A DNA stretch of 64,000 bases from NCBI GenBank assembly GCA_965226385.1, contig OZ245359.1:1097116-1161115 (forward strand). The letters run 5' to 3'. Shown in pieces: positions 1-9,633 of the stretch. The position numbers and the translations under genes were made by a program. Source of the DNA: Bryobacterales bacterium (lineage in GTDB: Bacteria; Acidobacteriota; Terriglobia; Bryobacterales; UBA6623). How positions within the stretch are numbered: the first letter of the stretch is position 1; each line of letters begins with the position of its first letter. The notes below the pieces were generated by a model that searched no databases, was not told where the DNA came from, and saw only the letters and a program-made list of their open reading frames with translations.

Positions 1-242
1 AATCTGAAGCGCGGTTCTCGGCCGAGCGGGCCTGTCGAGAATATCCAATCCAACTACGGTGGTCGGACGGTTTGGTATGCTCGCGCTGCGAAGCCGGGTC
101 GACCCGAACCGCCATCTGGAACCGCTTGATTTGCACATCCTGCCGCTATCGGGCATCGGTGACGGCCTGTACGATCTTCCAGAATTCGCGCAGTCCCCCG
201 ATTCTGTGGAGTGAGGTACATACCCCCGGCCACAACATATAG
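1..242 (+). pseudogene. IS1595-family (ISXO2-like) transposase, N-terminal zinc-ribbon stub. The 5' end runs off the window and the frame ends at TAG 240-242.
   Basis: Frame 3 reads SEARFSAERACREYPIQLRWSDGLVCSRCEAGS...LICTSCRYRASVTACTIFQNSRSPPILW. This is the CxxC...CxxC transposase zinc-ribbon that opens IS1595-family transposases. No DDE domain follows. It is absent from the ORF track because it has no start codon. Confidence 0.5.
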
Positions 243-932
243 GGGCTTGTGGAGTCAACTACCCAGCCCTGTCAGGTAATTTGCGGTGTGACCCTGCTCC
301 TCGCTGGAACCGGACTGAAAACACCGTTATTATTCCTGCAGTCACAGAAGATGGCAGTCGACAGTTGTTCCTCCTGCGCCTGCCCTGAGGTGCTTGCATA
401 AAGTTTGAATAGTTTACTTGGAACAATATCTTGTTTTCAGTTCTGAACTGTACAGCTAATTACACAGATGACAAGCGAGATCAACGCATAGGATTCCCCA
501 CGATGCTTGGTCTGCACTTTCGTTTCGTTATTTCCCAGGAAATTAGCGAACTGTTTCAAGAATTCAAATTCCTGATTCACAATCACCGTCCATATAATCT
601 CTGAAAGCTATTCTTGCAAGCTCATTTACAACTGGAACTACCAGGTGTTTCATGCACTGCAAAGACAGTGCTCAACCGTGACTGGCAAGGTCATGGCCCG
701 TTAAGAGTTTACTCGCAGTTTGCACTTTGTAGCAGTAAACAAAAGTTTTTGTTCGCAAACTACAGCAATTGTATTGCAACAGAATCTACACCTAGTTCAG
801 TAACAATGGATCAAATATGCGAAAGCAGGAATCTGGACAGGTTCAGGCCTCAGTCCAAATAACATGGGGATTTGGATCAGAACTATCGACTAGAAAGAGT
901 TTACAAAGGCTCCGTATCGGAGAATCCGGAAG

Positions 933-1008
933 TGGTGGCTAGGGACGGTTTCGAACCGCCGACGCCGGCCTTTTCAGGGCCGCGCTCTACCAACTGAGCT
1001 ACCTAGCC
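933..1008 (-). tRNA. tRNA-Phe (anticodon GAA), 76 nt, CCA encoded
   Basis: The reverse complement folds by hand as GGCTAGG-TA-GCTC-AGTTGGTA-GAGC-G-CGGCC-CTGAAAA-GGCCG-GCGTC-GGCGG-TTCGAAA-CCGTC-CCTAGCC-A-CCA. All four stems pair and the anticodon loop is CT-GAA-AA. Confidence 0.95.
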
Positions 1009-1158
1009 GTAAAATTCATTCTATGTAATCGTCCCGTACTGGTCAAGAATCAAGCGGCTACGGGCAATCCCAACTGAACCCCTGTAAACAGTTATTTCCT
1101 GAAGATAACAGTTCCTTGTCCAAGGCAAGAAAACCGGCATCATCATGAACTCCCACAG

Positions 1159-2712
1159 TCAGACCAAATCGAACAGTTTTATTGCAAGCAAATAGATTGC
1201 AGGTGGAACAACCAGCAGTCCGAGTATGTCCAGCACGATTCCTGCCTTGAACATTTGAGGAATAGATATCCAGCCACTTGAGATGACAATCGCATTCGGG
1301 GGAGTTGAAACCGGCATCGTAAATGCGAATGAAACCAATACTGCCATCGGGATCAACAGGAGGTAGGGATGTACATTTACCTCAACTGCCATTGCAGCAA
1401 CAGCCGGAGCAAGCATAAGCACAGTCGCAACGTTCGAGGTCATTTCGGTCAATGTTGTTGCCAGCACACAAATCGCCAGTACGATCAGCCATACCGGCAA
1501 CCCTTCCATGGCACTTAGCCGGGTACCAATCCAGACAGCAAGACCACTGTCCTGTATCCCCGCTGCCAGAGCAAATCCGCCGCCCAGCAGGAATACAATC
1601 CCCCACGGGATACTCTTGACTGCAGAAGTCCATTCCAGGATTCGATTGGACCCACCCCCTTCCTGCAGACCTTCAGAAGGAATCAGGAATAACAACAGGC
1701 CCATGACCATCGCTACAGTTGAATCGTGAACCATGGAAGGTTCAGGCAACCATTGTGACCAGCCAGGAAGCACTAACCTTCCTAACTCCAGCGGGACGCG
1801 GGAAACCCATAACAGCCCAGTACTTGCAGCAACTGTCAACACCCGCTTTTCTGTCTTGTTCATGGATCCGAGGGCAGCTATTTCATCCCTGATCACGTTC
1901 TGGCTACCCGGAAATTCAATGGATGACAAGGGGATCGGGCCGCCGAAACGGCATAGGTAAAGCCATGTCACCGGAATAAAGACAATGACGACAGGGACAC
2001 AAAGAAGCGACCACTGGACGAACCCGATCGGTGGATAATCCGGGTACGTTTGGGAAATGAAGCCCAGGAATGCAACTGTGGTCGGTGAACCTACTATCGT
2101 TGCAATTCCCCCAATGCTCGCGGAGTATGCAATCCCAAGCAACAGTATGCAACCAAACACATCCTTTGCAGTACGAGCACTAACAGTGGCTGCAGGTTTA
2201 TCTTTACTCTCACCCATGCCGGACAGCTGCTGGACAACCGCCATCGCCATGGGAAGCATCATCATCGTTGTGGCCGTATTCGAGATCCACATCGACAATA
2301 ATGCGGTTGTCACCATGAAACCCAGCACCAACCTCTCGGGCTTGGTTCCAAAGCGATTGATCATCCTCAGTGCAATTCGACGGTGCAAGTTGCAACGCTC
2401 CATAGCACTGGCAATCAGAAAGCCACCGATGTACAGAAAAATCAGATGATTGGCATAGTTGATAGAGACACTCCGACTGGAAGCAACACCCAACAACGGA
2501 AACAGGCCAATTGGCAGTAACGAAGTAACTGCCAGGTGTGTTGCTTCACCCAACCACCAACAGGCCATCAAGACGGTAACTGCAGCTGTTTTCTGGGCTA
2601 ACGGGCCCATCCCTTCCGGTGCAGGCAGGCATAGTACGGCTAAAAAACCGATGCAACCGGCTACCAAAGCGAGTGTCTGACGTGTGAAAACGCCTTTACC
2701 GTGATTGAACAA
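1159..2712 (-). CDS. DASS/SLC13-family Na+:anion (sulfate/di-tricarboxylate) symporter
   Basis: 517-aa, highly hydrophobic ORF. It has two hairpin SNT-type signatures (WISNTATTMMMLP and EMTSNVATVLMLAP) characteristic of DASS transporters. The ORF-track start at 2712 is TTG, so the exact start is uncertain. Confidence 0.8.
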   Translation of the reverse strand: MFNHGKGVFTRQTLALVAGCIGFLAVLCLPAPEGMGPLAQKTAAVTVLMACWWLGEATHLAVTSLLPIGLFPLLGVASSRSVSINYANHLIFLYIGGFLIASAMERCNLHRRIALRMINRFGTKPERLVLGFMVTTALLSMWISNTATTMMMLPMAMAVVQQLSGMGESKDKPAATVSARTAKDVFGCILLLGIAYSASIGGIATIVGSPTTVAFLGFISQTYPDYPPIGFVQWSLLCVPVVIVFIPVTWLYLCRFGGPIPLSSIEFPGSQNVIRDEIAALGSMNKTEKRVLTVAASTGLLWVSRVPLELGRLVLPGWSQWLPEPSMVHDSTVAMVMGLLLFLIPSEGLQEGGGSNRILEWTSAVKSIPWGIVFLLGGGFALAAGIQDSGLAVWIGTRLSAMEGLPVWLIVLAICVLATTLTEMTSNVATVLMLAPAVAAMAVEVNVHPYLLLIPMAVLVSFAFTMPVSTPPNAIVISSGWISIPQMFKAGIVLDILGLLVVPPAIYLLAIKLFDLV

Positions 2713-2766
2713 AGCCTTTAAAGATAAACGGAGGCTCTTAGAGCAAGATTAACCTGATTGGATGAG

Positions 2767-2841
2767 TGGTAGCGCTACGGGGATTTGAACCCCGATCTGA
2801 GCCTTGAGAGGGCCCTGTCCTAACCCTTAGACGATAACGCC
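2767..2841 (-). tRNA. tRNA-Glu (anticodon CUC), 75 nt, CCA encoded
   Basis: The reverse complement folds as GGCGTTA-TC-GTCT-AAGGGTTA-GGAC-A-GGGCC-CTCTCAA-GGCTC-AGAT-CGGGG-TTCAAAT-CCCCG-TAGCGCT-A-CCA. The acceptor stem has two G-U wobbles, including 1:72. Confidence 0.9.
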
Positions 2842-2933
2842 AGAACTGTGTTTATCGTAGCAAGACATCAACAACACATCCAAACGGATTACGGGGATAA
2901 TGAGCAGGTAAGCAAGAGGGTTTTCCTCAAAGC

Positions 2934-5282
2934 ATGAGTATTCTCAATCGATACATCTTTCGCGAAGTCGCCATAGCTTCACTAGTCGGAACACTCTTGT
3001 TTACTCTCGTTCTGTTCCTGCAGCGGGTTGAACCAGTCATGGAACTGCTAGTCGGACGGGGTGCCCCTGGTTCCGACATGCTGCACCTGATTGCTTTGAC
3101 CATCCCGCAGTCATTCCCGTTCACCATCCCAATGGGCGTCCTGACCGGGATTCTGGTTGGACTCGGTAGGCTTTCCAGTGACAACGAAGTGTTGGCAATT
3201 CAGGCTGCAGGAATCAAGTGGCGATCCCTGATGAAGCCAGTTGCGTTGGTGGCATTACTGGGGTTGGCAACATGTGCTGCCACGACTCTCCTGCTCACAC
3301 CATGGTCATTACGAGAGCAGGTTCGCATCTCCGAGTCATTACGCATCAAGCTTGCCGGAACGGAAGTCGTTCCCAGGGTGTTCATCGAAGATTTCCCAGA
3401 CCATGTGATCTGGGTACAGGATGTCCTGCCGGGCGAAGGTGTGCACTGGAGAGGCATCTTCATGGCTGACATGAGGAATCCTGAAAACCGCGGATCAGTC
3501 AGTGGCTTCAATGCATCTGTTGATGGCCCACGCATAACGTTCGCTTCGGAAGCATTTGTTTTGCCCCGCCCCGAACAGAACCGTATCCAAGTGCGTTTCC
3601 CGCTAACAACAACCTATGAGCAGTCCAGTGATTCTAGCCATTACCTTGCGGTGCGCTCAGAGAGTACCGACCAGGTACTGCAAGCACGAACCAGCCGCTT
3701 TGATTCCCGCACCAGACAGTTTGACAGGATGGACACTCTCACACTGATTAAAGCAGTTTCGACCGAGACCGCACCCCAGGCAAATATACTCTTGCAGCAA
3801 CGCTTTGCGCTCCCATTCGCCTGCTTGTTTCTCCCTCTGGCGGGTCTTCCTCTGGCGATTTCCAGACGCCGCTCTGGACGCGCAAGCGGGATTATCCTGT
3901 CTCTCCTGCTCTGTTTTGTTTACTGGATGATCCTGCTGACTGGGACAGCCGTAGCCGAGCAGATAGCACTATCCGCTATCCCCGCTGTATGGGCTGCAAA
4001 TATTTTTTTTGGTGTTCTGGGAATCCTCCTGTTGCGACAGATGAATAAGCCTAGCAGACGCGACTGGCAACTATTGATCAGTCGACGGCTTACAAGTCTC
4101 TGGAACAGAGTTTCAAGGATCTACTTAAGACGGAAACTTAGCCAAAAAAAGAGCGTTGCTGCCCCATCAACTCAGCAACATCCCGTCGAACCACTACTCC
4201 CGTTAATTGATCGGTACTTACTGCGCAGCTTCCTGTTTTATCTTCTGGTGCTGGTCATGGCTTTCATCGTCCTGATGTTCGTTTTCAGTTTCTTTGAGTT
4301 ACTGAACGACATGCTTGCGCGAGACAAACTCAGTCAGTTTATTCCATACCTTTATTACTTGACGCCATTCCTGGTCTACAACACGGCTCCATTGGCCGTG
4401 ATGATGGCAACACTGATCTGTTTTCTGTTACTGGCACGTAGACACGAGTTGATTGCATTCCTCTCCTGTGGAATCAGTCTTTATCGTCTGGCGACACCGG
4501 TACTGATCCTGGCTGCCCTGATCGGCGGTGGTTTGTTTGCGCTGGAAGAAGGCTACCTGCCAGAGGCAAACCGTCGGCAGGACGCACTACGTGATGAGAT
4601 CAAAGGCAGACCACCTCGCACCTATCTGCGACCGGACCGACAATGGACATTCGGCCAACAGGACCGTATTTTCTACCACCGCCATTTCAACCAGTCAACC
4701 AATGTTTTCTCAGGGATCAACATCTACGATTTGAACACAAGCCCTTTCGAACTCCGTAGACATATCCAGGCAGAACGAGCGAGTTGGGATGTTTCAGAGG
4801 GCACATGGGTGTTTCACAACGGCTGGGTGAGGCAACTTGACGGCATTGAAACAGTCCGCTACGAATCATTCACCGAGCGATCCTTCCCATCCATAACAGA
4901 GCAGCCGGATTATTTCCTGAAAGAAGACCGACACGACCAGCAACTGAACCTGAACCAGCTTAAAGCCTACATTCTTGACTTGACCCAGAGCGGGTTCGAT
5001 ACAGTGCGGCTCAAGATCCAAATGCACAAGAAAATAGTATTCCCTGTCTTCGCTTTTTCAATGGCACTGCTTGCCGTGCCATTTGCAATGCTTTCCGGGC
5101 ATCGTAGCACCATGGTGCCCATCTGTTTCAGTCTGGTGATGGTTATCGTCTACTACACATCGAATGCGCTGGCGGAACAGCTTGGACGTGCCGGACACCT
5201 GCAGCCTCCGCTGGCAGCATGGGCGCCCTGCCTGTTGTTTGCATTCGGCGGACTGTACTTGATGCTACGTGTTAGGACCTGA
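2934..5282 (+). CDS. LPS export ABC permease, LptF-LptG fusion (two YjgP/YjgQ modules in one polypeptide)
   Basis: 782-aa ORF with an ATG at 2934. The first half starts MSILNRYIFREVAIASLVGTLLFTLVLFL (LptF-type N-terminus). The second half starts ...LPLIDRYLLRSFLFYLLVLVMAFIVLMF (LptG-type N-terminus) at about nt 4195. No stop codon or start codon lies between them. Confidence 0.8.
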   Translation: MSILNRYIFREVAIASLVGTLLFTLVLFLQRVEPVMELLVGRGAPGSDMLHLIALTIPQSFPFTIPMGVLTGILVGLGRLSSDNEVLAIQAAGIKWRSLMKPVALVALLGLATCAATTLLLTPWSLREQVRISESLRIKLAGTEVVPRVFIEDFPDHVIWVQDVLPGEGVHWRGIFMADMRNPENRGSVSGFNASVDGPRITFASEAFVLPRPEQNRIQVRFPLTTTYEQSSDSSHYLAVRSESTDQVLQARTSRFDSRTRQFDRMDTLTLIKAVSTETAPQANILLQQRFALPFACLFLPLAGLPLAISRRRSGRASGIILSLLLCFVYWMILLTGTAVAEQIALSAIPAVWAANIFFGVLGILLLRQMNKPSRRDWQLLISRRLTSLWNRVSRIYLRRKLSQKKSVAAPSTQQHPVEPLLPLIDRYLLRSFLFYLLVLVMAFIVLMFVFSFFELLNDMLARDKLSQFIPYLYYLTPFLVYNTAPLAVMMATLICFLLLARRHELIAFLSCGISLYRLATPVLILAALIGGGLFALEEGYLPEANRRQDALRDEIKGRPPRTYLRPDRQWTFGQQDRIFYHRHFNQSTNVFSGINIYDLNTSPFELRRHIQAERASWDVSEGTWVFHNGWVRQLDGIETVRYESFTERSFPSITEQPDYFLKEDRHDQQLNLNQLKAYILDLTQSGFDTVRLKIQMHKKIVFPVFAFSMALLAVPFAMLSGHRSTMVPICFSLVMVIVYYTSNALAEQLGRAGHLQPPLAAWAPCLLFAFGGLYLMLRVRT

Positions 5283-5310
5283 GTCAGATCCCATCACTGC
5301 TGCCACGCTA

Positions 5311-6933
5311 CTAATCACCCAGCTGAAAGGTGAAGACTGAATGCCCTGCGGCAACAGTAATAAATTGCTTGCCACCAACTTCATATGTGATTGGGGATGA
5401 CGCAATCTGCCCACCCAGGTAACGCTGCCAGAGTAGCTCGCCATCGGAAGCATCAATGGCAAGAAAATACCCTTCCCTGCTGCCTGAAAAAAGTACATTG
5501 CTGGCAGTCGTCAGCAACCCTGAATCGGACACTTCCGTCATGGCGAACTCCCAGACCATTTCACCAGTCAAGGGATCCAGTGCACGAACTGCACCATAAC
5601 CATCTTCCTTCGTATAGTTCATGAAGCGGGTGCGTCTTGTAGAGGAGACTGGACTTCGCGGCGACCCGCCAAGGTAACGTTTACCGGGCTCATACTCCTG
5701 TTCCCACTTGTAATAAATCGAGTAGTAGTCTTCCCAGACCGAAAGATAAAAAAGTTTTGTCAGGGGGCTGTAGGATGGCGCATACCAGTTTGTCCCGCCT
5801 TGTACACCAGGCCAAGTCAGCGTCCCATTGCGGCTGGGGCCCTTGCCCGGAATCTTGATAGGCCGACCGTCTTCATCAATCCCTGCAGCCCAGGTCTGCT
5901 TGACAAACGGTTTGCCAAGCAGGAACTCGCCTGTCTCACGGTCAAGCACGTAAAAAAATGCATTGCGGTTACCCCAGAGCATCAGTTTGCGTGGTACATC
6001 TTCCCACTCCATATCTACCAGAACCGGTACTTGCACTGCATCCCAATCCCATTCATCGTGAGGAGTGAACTGGTAATGCCAGACCAGCTTGCCTGAATCA
6101 GCATCGACTGCGATCACTGAATCCGTGTAAAGGTTGTCTCCGGGTCGCACATCAGGGTTCCAGTCCGGTGCGGGGTTACCTACCCCCCAGTAAGTCAGGT
6201 TCAGCTCCGGATCGTATGAACCGGTCAGCCAGATCGAGCCACCACCTGTTTTCCAGGCATCGTTCTCCCATGTTTCATGACCTGGATCTCCTGGCCCAGG
6301 GATGGTGTAGAAACGCCAGAGTTCCTCACCCGTCTTGGTGTCGTATGCAGCCAGGTACCCCCTGATGCCATATTCACCTCCCGCTGTGCCAACAATGACC
6401 TTGTCCCTGATGATCAAGGGAGCCACAGTCAACGCATAGCCTTTCTCATAGTCTTCGACAACTGTCGTTTCCCAGACTTTTTCTCCTGTCTTTGAATCAA
6501 TGGCCAGCAGTTTTGCGTCCAGTGTGCCGACATAGAGTGTGTCGCCAGAAATAGCAGCACCTCGATTCACGCGACCACAACAGGGATAGACAAGACTTGG
6601 CAGTTGGTGTTCATAAACCCAGTACTCCCGCCCACTGACCGGATCCAGGGCAACGATCTTGTTGGGCGGTTCAGTCAGGTACATCACACCGTCAACCACT
6701 AGTGGAGTGGTCTGAAACTTATCATTCGAGGCCGCTTGATAGACCCAGCTCAGTTCAAGATTCTGGACATTCGCCCGATCAATCCCTTCTAGATTGCTGT
6801 AGTGCTGACTATAATATGTACCGTTGTAGGTCAGCCAATTGTGTGGCTCGTCAGAAGCCTGTTCCAGCCGCTTCTGGTCCACCGGAGCAGACAGTGCAAT
6901 GGCAGCAATACTTGCCAGTAGAAAAAACCGCAT
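5311..6933 (-). CDS. PQQ-dependent dehydrogenase, methanol/ethanol family (periplasmic quinoprotein)
   Basis: 540 aa with a signal peptide (MRFFLLASIAAIALSA). It has the vicinal Cys-Cys (YPCCGRVNRG), the active-site stretch FTPHDEWDWDAVQV, and repeated beta-propeller W-motifs. Confidence 0.85.
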   Translation of the reverse strand: MRFFLLASIAAIALSAPVDQKRLEQASDEPHNWLTYNGTYYSQHYSNLEGIDRANVQNLELSWVYQAASNDKFQTTPLVVDGVMYLTEPPNKIVALDPVSGREYWVYEHQLPSLVYPCCGRVNRGAAISGDTLYVGTLDAKLLAIDSKTGEKVWETTVVEDYEKGYALTVAPLIIRDKVIVGTAGGEYGIRGYLAAYDTKTGEELWRFYTIPGPGDPGHETWENDAWKTGGGSIWLTGSYDPELNLTYWGVGNPAPDWNPDVRPGDNLYTDSVIAVDADSGKLVWHYQFTPHDEWDWDAVQVPVLVDMEWEDVPRKLMLWGNRNAFFYVLDRETGEFLLGKPFVKQTWAAGIDEDGRPIKIPGKGPSRNGTLTWPGVQGGTNWYAPSYSPLTKLFYLSVWEDYYSIYYKWEQEYEPGKRYLGGSPRSPVSSTRRTRFMNYTKEDGYGAVRALDPLTGEMVWEFAMTEVSDSGLLTTASNVLFSGSREGYFLAIDASDGELLWQRYLGGQIASSPITYEVGGKQFITVAAGHSVFTFQLGD

Positions 6934-6995
6934 GCGAATAGGATACCTGAGAATTACAACCTGCTCAACAGAATTGTCTGTACAATAATGCGCTC

Positions 6996-7445
6996 ATGAG
7001 AGCCGTTATCCAGCGCGTGAGTTCAGCTGAGGTGCGTGTCGGAGATGAAATCTGCGGCCAGATCCAACACGGACTACTCGTTTTTTTAGGGGTTTGTCAC
7101 GAGGATACAAACAAGGATGTCAACTACCTTGCCACGAAGACTGCAGGGCTAAGAATCTTCGCGGGACCGGATGGTCGAATGACACTCTCTGCACGGGATA
7201 TTGATGCCTCTGTCCTGGTTGTCTCCCAGTTCACCTTGTACGGCGATGTTCGGAGAGGTCTTCGTCCAAGCTTTGACACTGCCGCACCCCCGGAGTTAGC
7301 CGAGTCCCTTTATGAGGACTACGTGCGAATTCTGGAAATGGAAGGGCTACAAGTTGCCAAGGGGGTATTCCGAGCCACTATGCGAGTATCCCTGGTCAAT
7401 GACGGGCCTGTCACGATCCTGCTTGATTCCAGTAAAATTCTGTAA
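6996..7445 (+). CDS. dtd: D-aminoacyl-tRNA deacylase
   Basis: 149 aa. [15 protein letters not shown]...GLLVFLGV...[17 protein letters not shown] matches the Dtd signature layout. Confidence 0.9.
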   Translation: MRAVIQRVSSAEVRVGDEICGQIQHGLLVFLGVCHEDTNKDVNYLATKTAGLRIFAGPDGRMTLSARDIDASVLVVSQFTLYGDVRRGLRPSFDTAAPPELAESLYEDYVRILEMEGLQVAKGVFRATMRVSLVNDGPVTILLDSSKIL

Positions 7446-7691
7446 GTCCTACAGGAGCAGAATTACAGAATCGCTTCATGTACAAGCCTCGTGCCCTCCG
7501 TTCCTGCGAAATAGTTCAGCATATTCAGTATATTATCTAGTTTCATCCAAAAACAATTATGCTAAAACCATCAATTTCAGAAAGTGGGACTAATAGTTCT
7601 ATATATCATACCAGTACAGTCAATATACGATACTAGTAATCTTGCTATATGTATATGCTGTACTTGAACTATTCAGAAAGGAAAGGATGTA

Positions 7692-7901
7692 ATGTCTAAT
7701 CAAATAATCCAATCTACATCCATCGAGCCAATCTTTAAAGCACTTATCAAGGATAAGGTCGATCCGGAAATGGCACAGAAAGCGACAGAAGCTACCAGAA
7801 ATTTGGCTGGCGAAAACGTCCACATTGAGATGTCCGCCCGTTTCAATGTCCAGGATGCGGCCATAAAGAGCCTAAACAGTGCGATGGAGTTTCAGTACTA
7901 A
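7692..7901 (+). CDS. hypothetical small protein (69 aa)
   Basis: An ATG preceded by GAAAGGAAAGGA (SD-like) a few nt upstream, sitting after about 250 bp of AT-rich DNA. I recognise no family. It could be non-coding. Confidence 0.3.
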   Translation: MSNQIIQSTSIEPIFKALIKDKVDPEMAQKATEATRNLAGENVHIEMSARFNVQDAAIKSLNSAMEFQY

Positions 7902-8022
7902 TCCCTCAATTCGCAATACAGACTCCTGATCTGGATCATCGGGACTAGCGCTGCCATGGTCTTGGGTCTTGATATCCTCAATCGCTACTTTCCGGCAGGC
8001 TAACATCAACAGGATCGTCTTG

Positions 8023-9633
8023 CTACCGTGCAGGCTTAGCATGGCCAACAGCATGCTTACCCCGCTGAAGGGCTGCGCTTCTCTCTGCTTCACTTAGCGT
8101 TGTATTGAACGTTGCCCCGAATCCATCAACTTGCCGATAGGGATAGAGTTGCCAAGGATCACATCCTTCGACTCGTGGATCTTCTCCAGCCCTCAACTCT
8201 GACTCTAACCATACCCAGAGTTCCTCACGAATCTTCTGATACGCCTTGTCTCTCGCAAGATTGTTCAACTGGTGAGGATCAGCCCTGCAGTCATACAACT
8301 CTTCAAGTGGACGTTTTCCAAATCCCAATTCAAATTCCCGGGGAAAGTTTTGCTGTGTTTCTGGACGCAGCATGAAATCCTTGAACGGACCATCATCCAC
8401 ATCCCCGTGGGGAGCCTTGTTTGAGGAAATGAACTCAGGCCCACCAGTCGGCCAGCGATCTGGATTGAAATTACGAATGTAGAGGTAATCATGAGTCCGG
8501 ATCGACCGCATAGGGTAGGTTGCACCCTCAGGACGACACCATGTATGGCGTTCCATGCCTGTCACAACATGATCGCGTTCAGGATCTATTAGTCCATCAT
8601 TTTCTACTGTCAGCAGGGGCATCAGGCTACGGCCTGTATGCGTGTTCAAGGGAGCCAGCCCGGCAACCTCAAGAAAAGTGGGTGCCAGGTCGCAGTGTGA
8701 TGTGAAGTCATCAATTCGACGCCCTCCAGGAATCTGATCACGCCAGCGTATCGCTGTCGGCATGCGTATACCACTGTCGTATAACGTTGCCTTGGTACGT
8801 GTGTAGGGCATACCGTTATCAGATGTGACTATTACCAAGGTATTGTCAAGTTCGCCAATCCGCTCTAGCGATTCCAGCATGCGTCCCAAGTGATTGTCGA
8901 AGTGCTGGATCTCGTAGTAGTAGTCGAGCAGTTCCCTGCGAACTTCCGGGGCATCGGGTAGATAAGGTGGCACTACAACACTGTCCAGATCCAAGCCACT
9001 ACGCATTCCAACATCAGCCTCGTATTCACGGTGTGGTTCCGTGCAGCCGAACCAGAAGAAAAAAGGACTGTCATTGCTGCGATCTGCCAGAAAATCATCG
9101 AAGTTCGCAGCATAATCCCTGATATCAATACCGTACGGAAGATCGGGATCCAGTCTTGAGTCATACTCAGTCCCGATGGGATGTCGAGTCAAGCCCGCCG
9201 CTTTCCAGTCGCCTGGTGCCCATGGCTTACCAACAAAACCGACATGGTAGCCGGCATCTTCCAATTGATGAGTAACCAGTGGATATTCCTGAGGGAGTGT
9301 TCCGTAAAGCAGACCTGCTTCACCGATCTGCCAAATCTGTCGACCAGTCAGTAGGGCTGCACGAGACGGAGAGCAGGATGGACATGCCGTGTAGGAATGG
9401 TTAAACAGTACACCTTCCTGTGCAACTCGATCGAAAGCCGGAGTTTTTACAACTGGGTCCCCCAATATCGAAGCGTGTGGCCAGGACTGGTCATCAGAAA
9501 ATGCCAGCAGGATATTGGGTCGGCGATCTGAAGTGGATCTTCCACCACAGCCTGAGATGCCTGCGACAGCACCAACACTCAGCAGTTCCCTTCTTGTTAT
9601 CCCCGGACTCGAAATGGTTTGCTGTTCAGACAT
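8023..9633 (-). CDS. Tat-exported sulfatase (formylglycine-type arylsulfatase family)
   Basis: ORF 8023..9702 trimmed to the ATG at 9633. MSEQQTISSPGITRRELLSVGAVAG is a twin-arginine signal. The sulfatase signature is CPSCSPSRAALLTGR (C-x-P-x-R). Confidence 0.85.
   Translation of the reverse strand: MSEQQTISSPGITRRELLSVGAVAGISGCGGRSTSDRRPNILLAFSDDQSWPHASILGDPVVKTPAFDRVAQEGVLFNHSYTACPSCSPSRAALLTGRQIWQIGEAGLLYGTLPQEYPLVTHQLEDAGYHVGFVGKPWAPGDWKAAGLTRHPIGTEYDSRLDPDLPYGIDIRDYAANFDDFLADRSNDSPFFFWFGCTEPHREYEADVGMRSGLDLDSVVVPPYLPDAPEVRRELLDYYYEIQHFDNHLGRMLESLERIGELDNTLVIVTSDNGMPYTRTKATLYDSGIRMPTAIRWRDQIPGGRRIDDFTSHCDLAPTFLEVAGLAPLNTHTGRSLMPLLTVENDGLIDPERDHVVTGMERHTWCRPEGATYPMRSIRTHDYLYIRNFNPDRWPTGGPEFISSNKAPHGDVDDGPFKDFMLRPETQQNFPREFELGFGKRPLEELYDCRADPHQLNNLARDKAYQKIREELWVWLESELRAGEDPRVEGCDPWQLYPYRQVDGFGATFNTTLSEAERSAALQRGKHAVGHAKPAR

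Noticed and set aside
241-600. A tmRNA-like 5' end (GGGGCTTGTGGAGTCAAC...) right after the transposase stub
   Set aside because: Within the next 300-450 nt there is no tRNA-like 3' domain: no GGTTCGAATCC-type T-loop and no matching acceptor/CCA end. The resemblance is limited to the first few bases.
614-862. An 82-aa ORF in the ORF-poor region next to tRNA-Phe
   Set aside because: It has no SD and no recognisable motif, the sequence looks odd (Cys/Ser/Gln-rich), and the start is TTG. It is probably a chance ORF.
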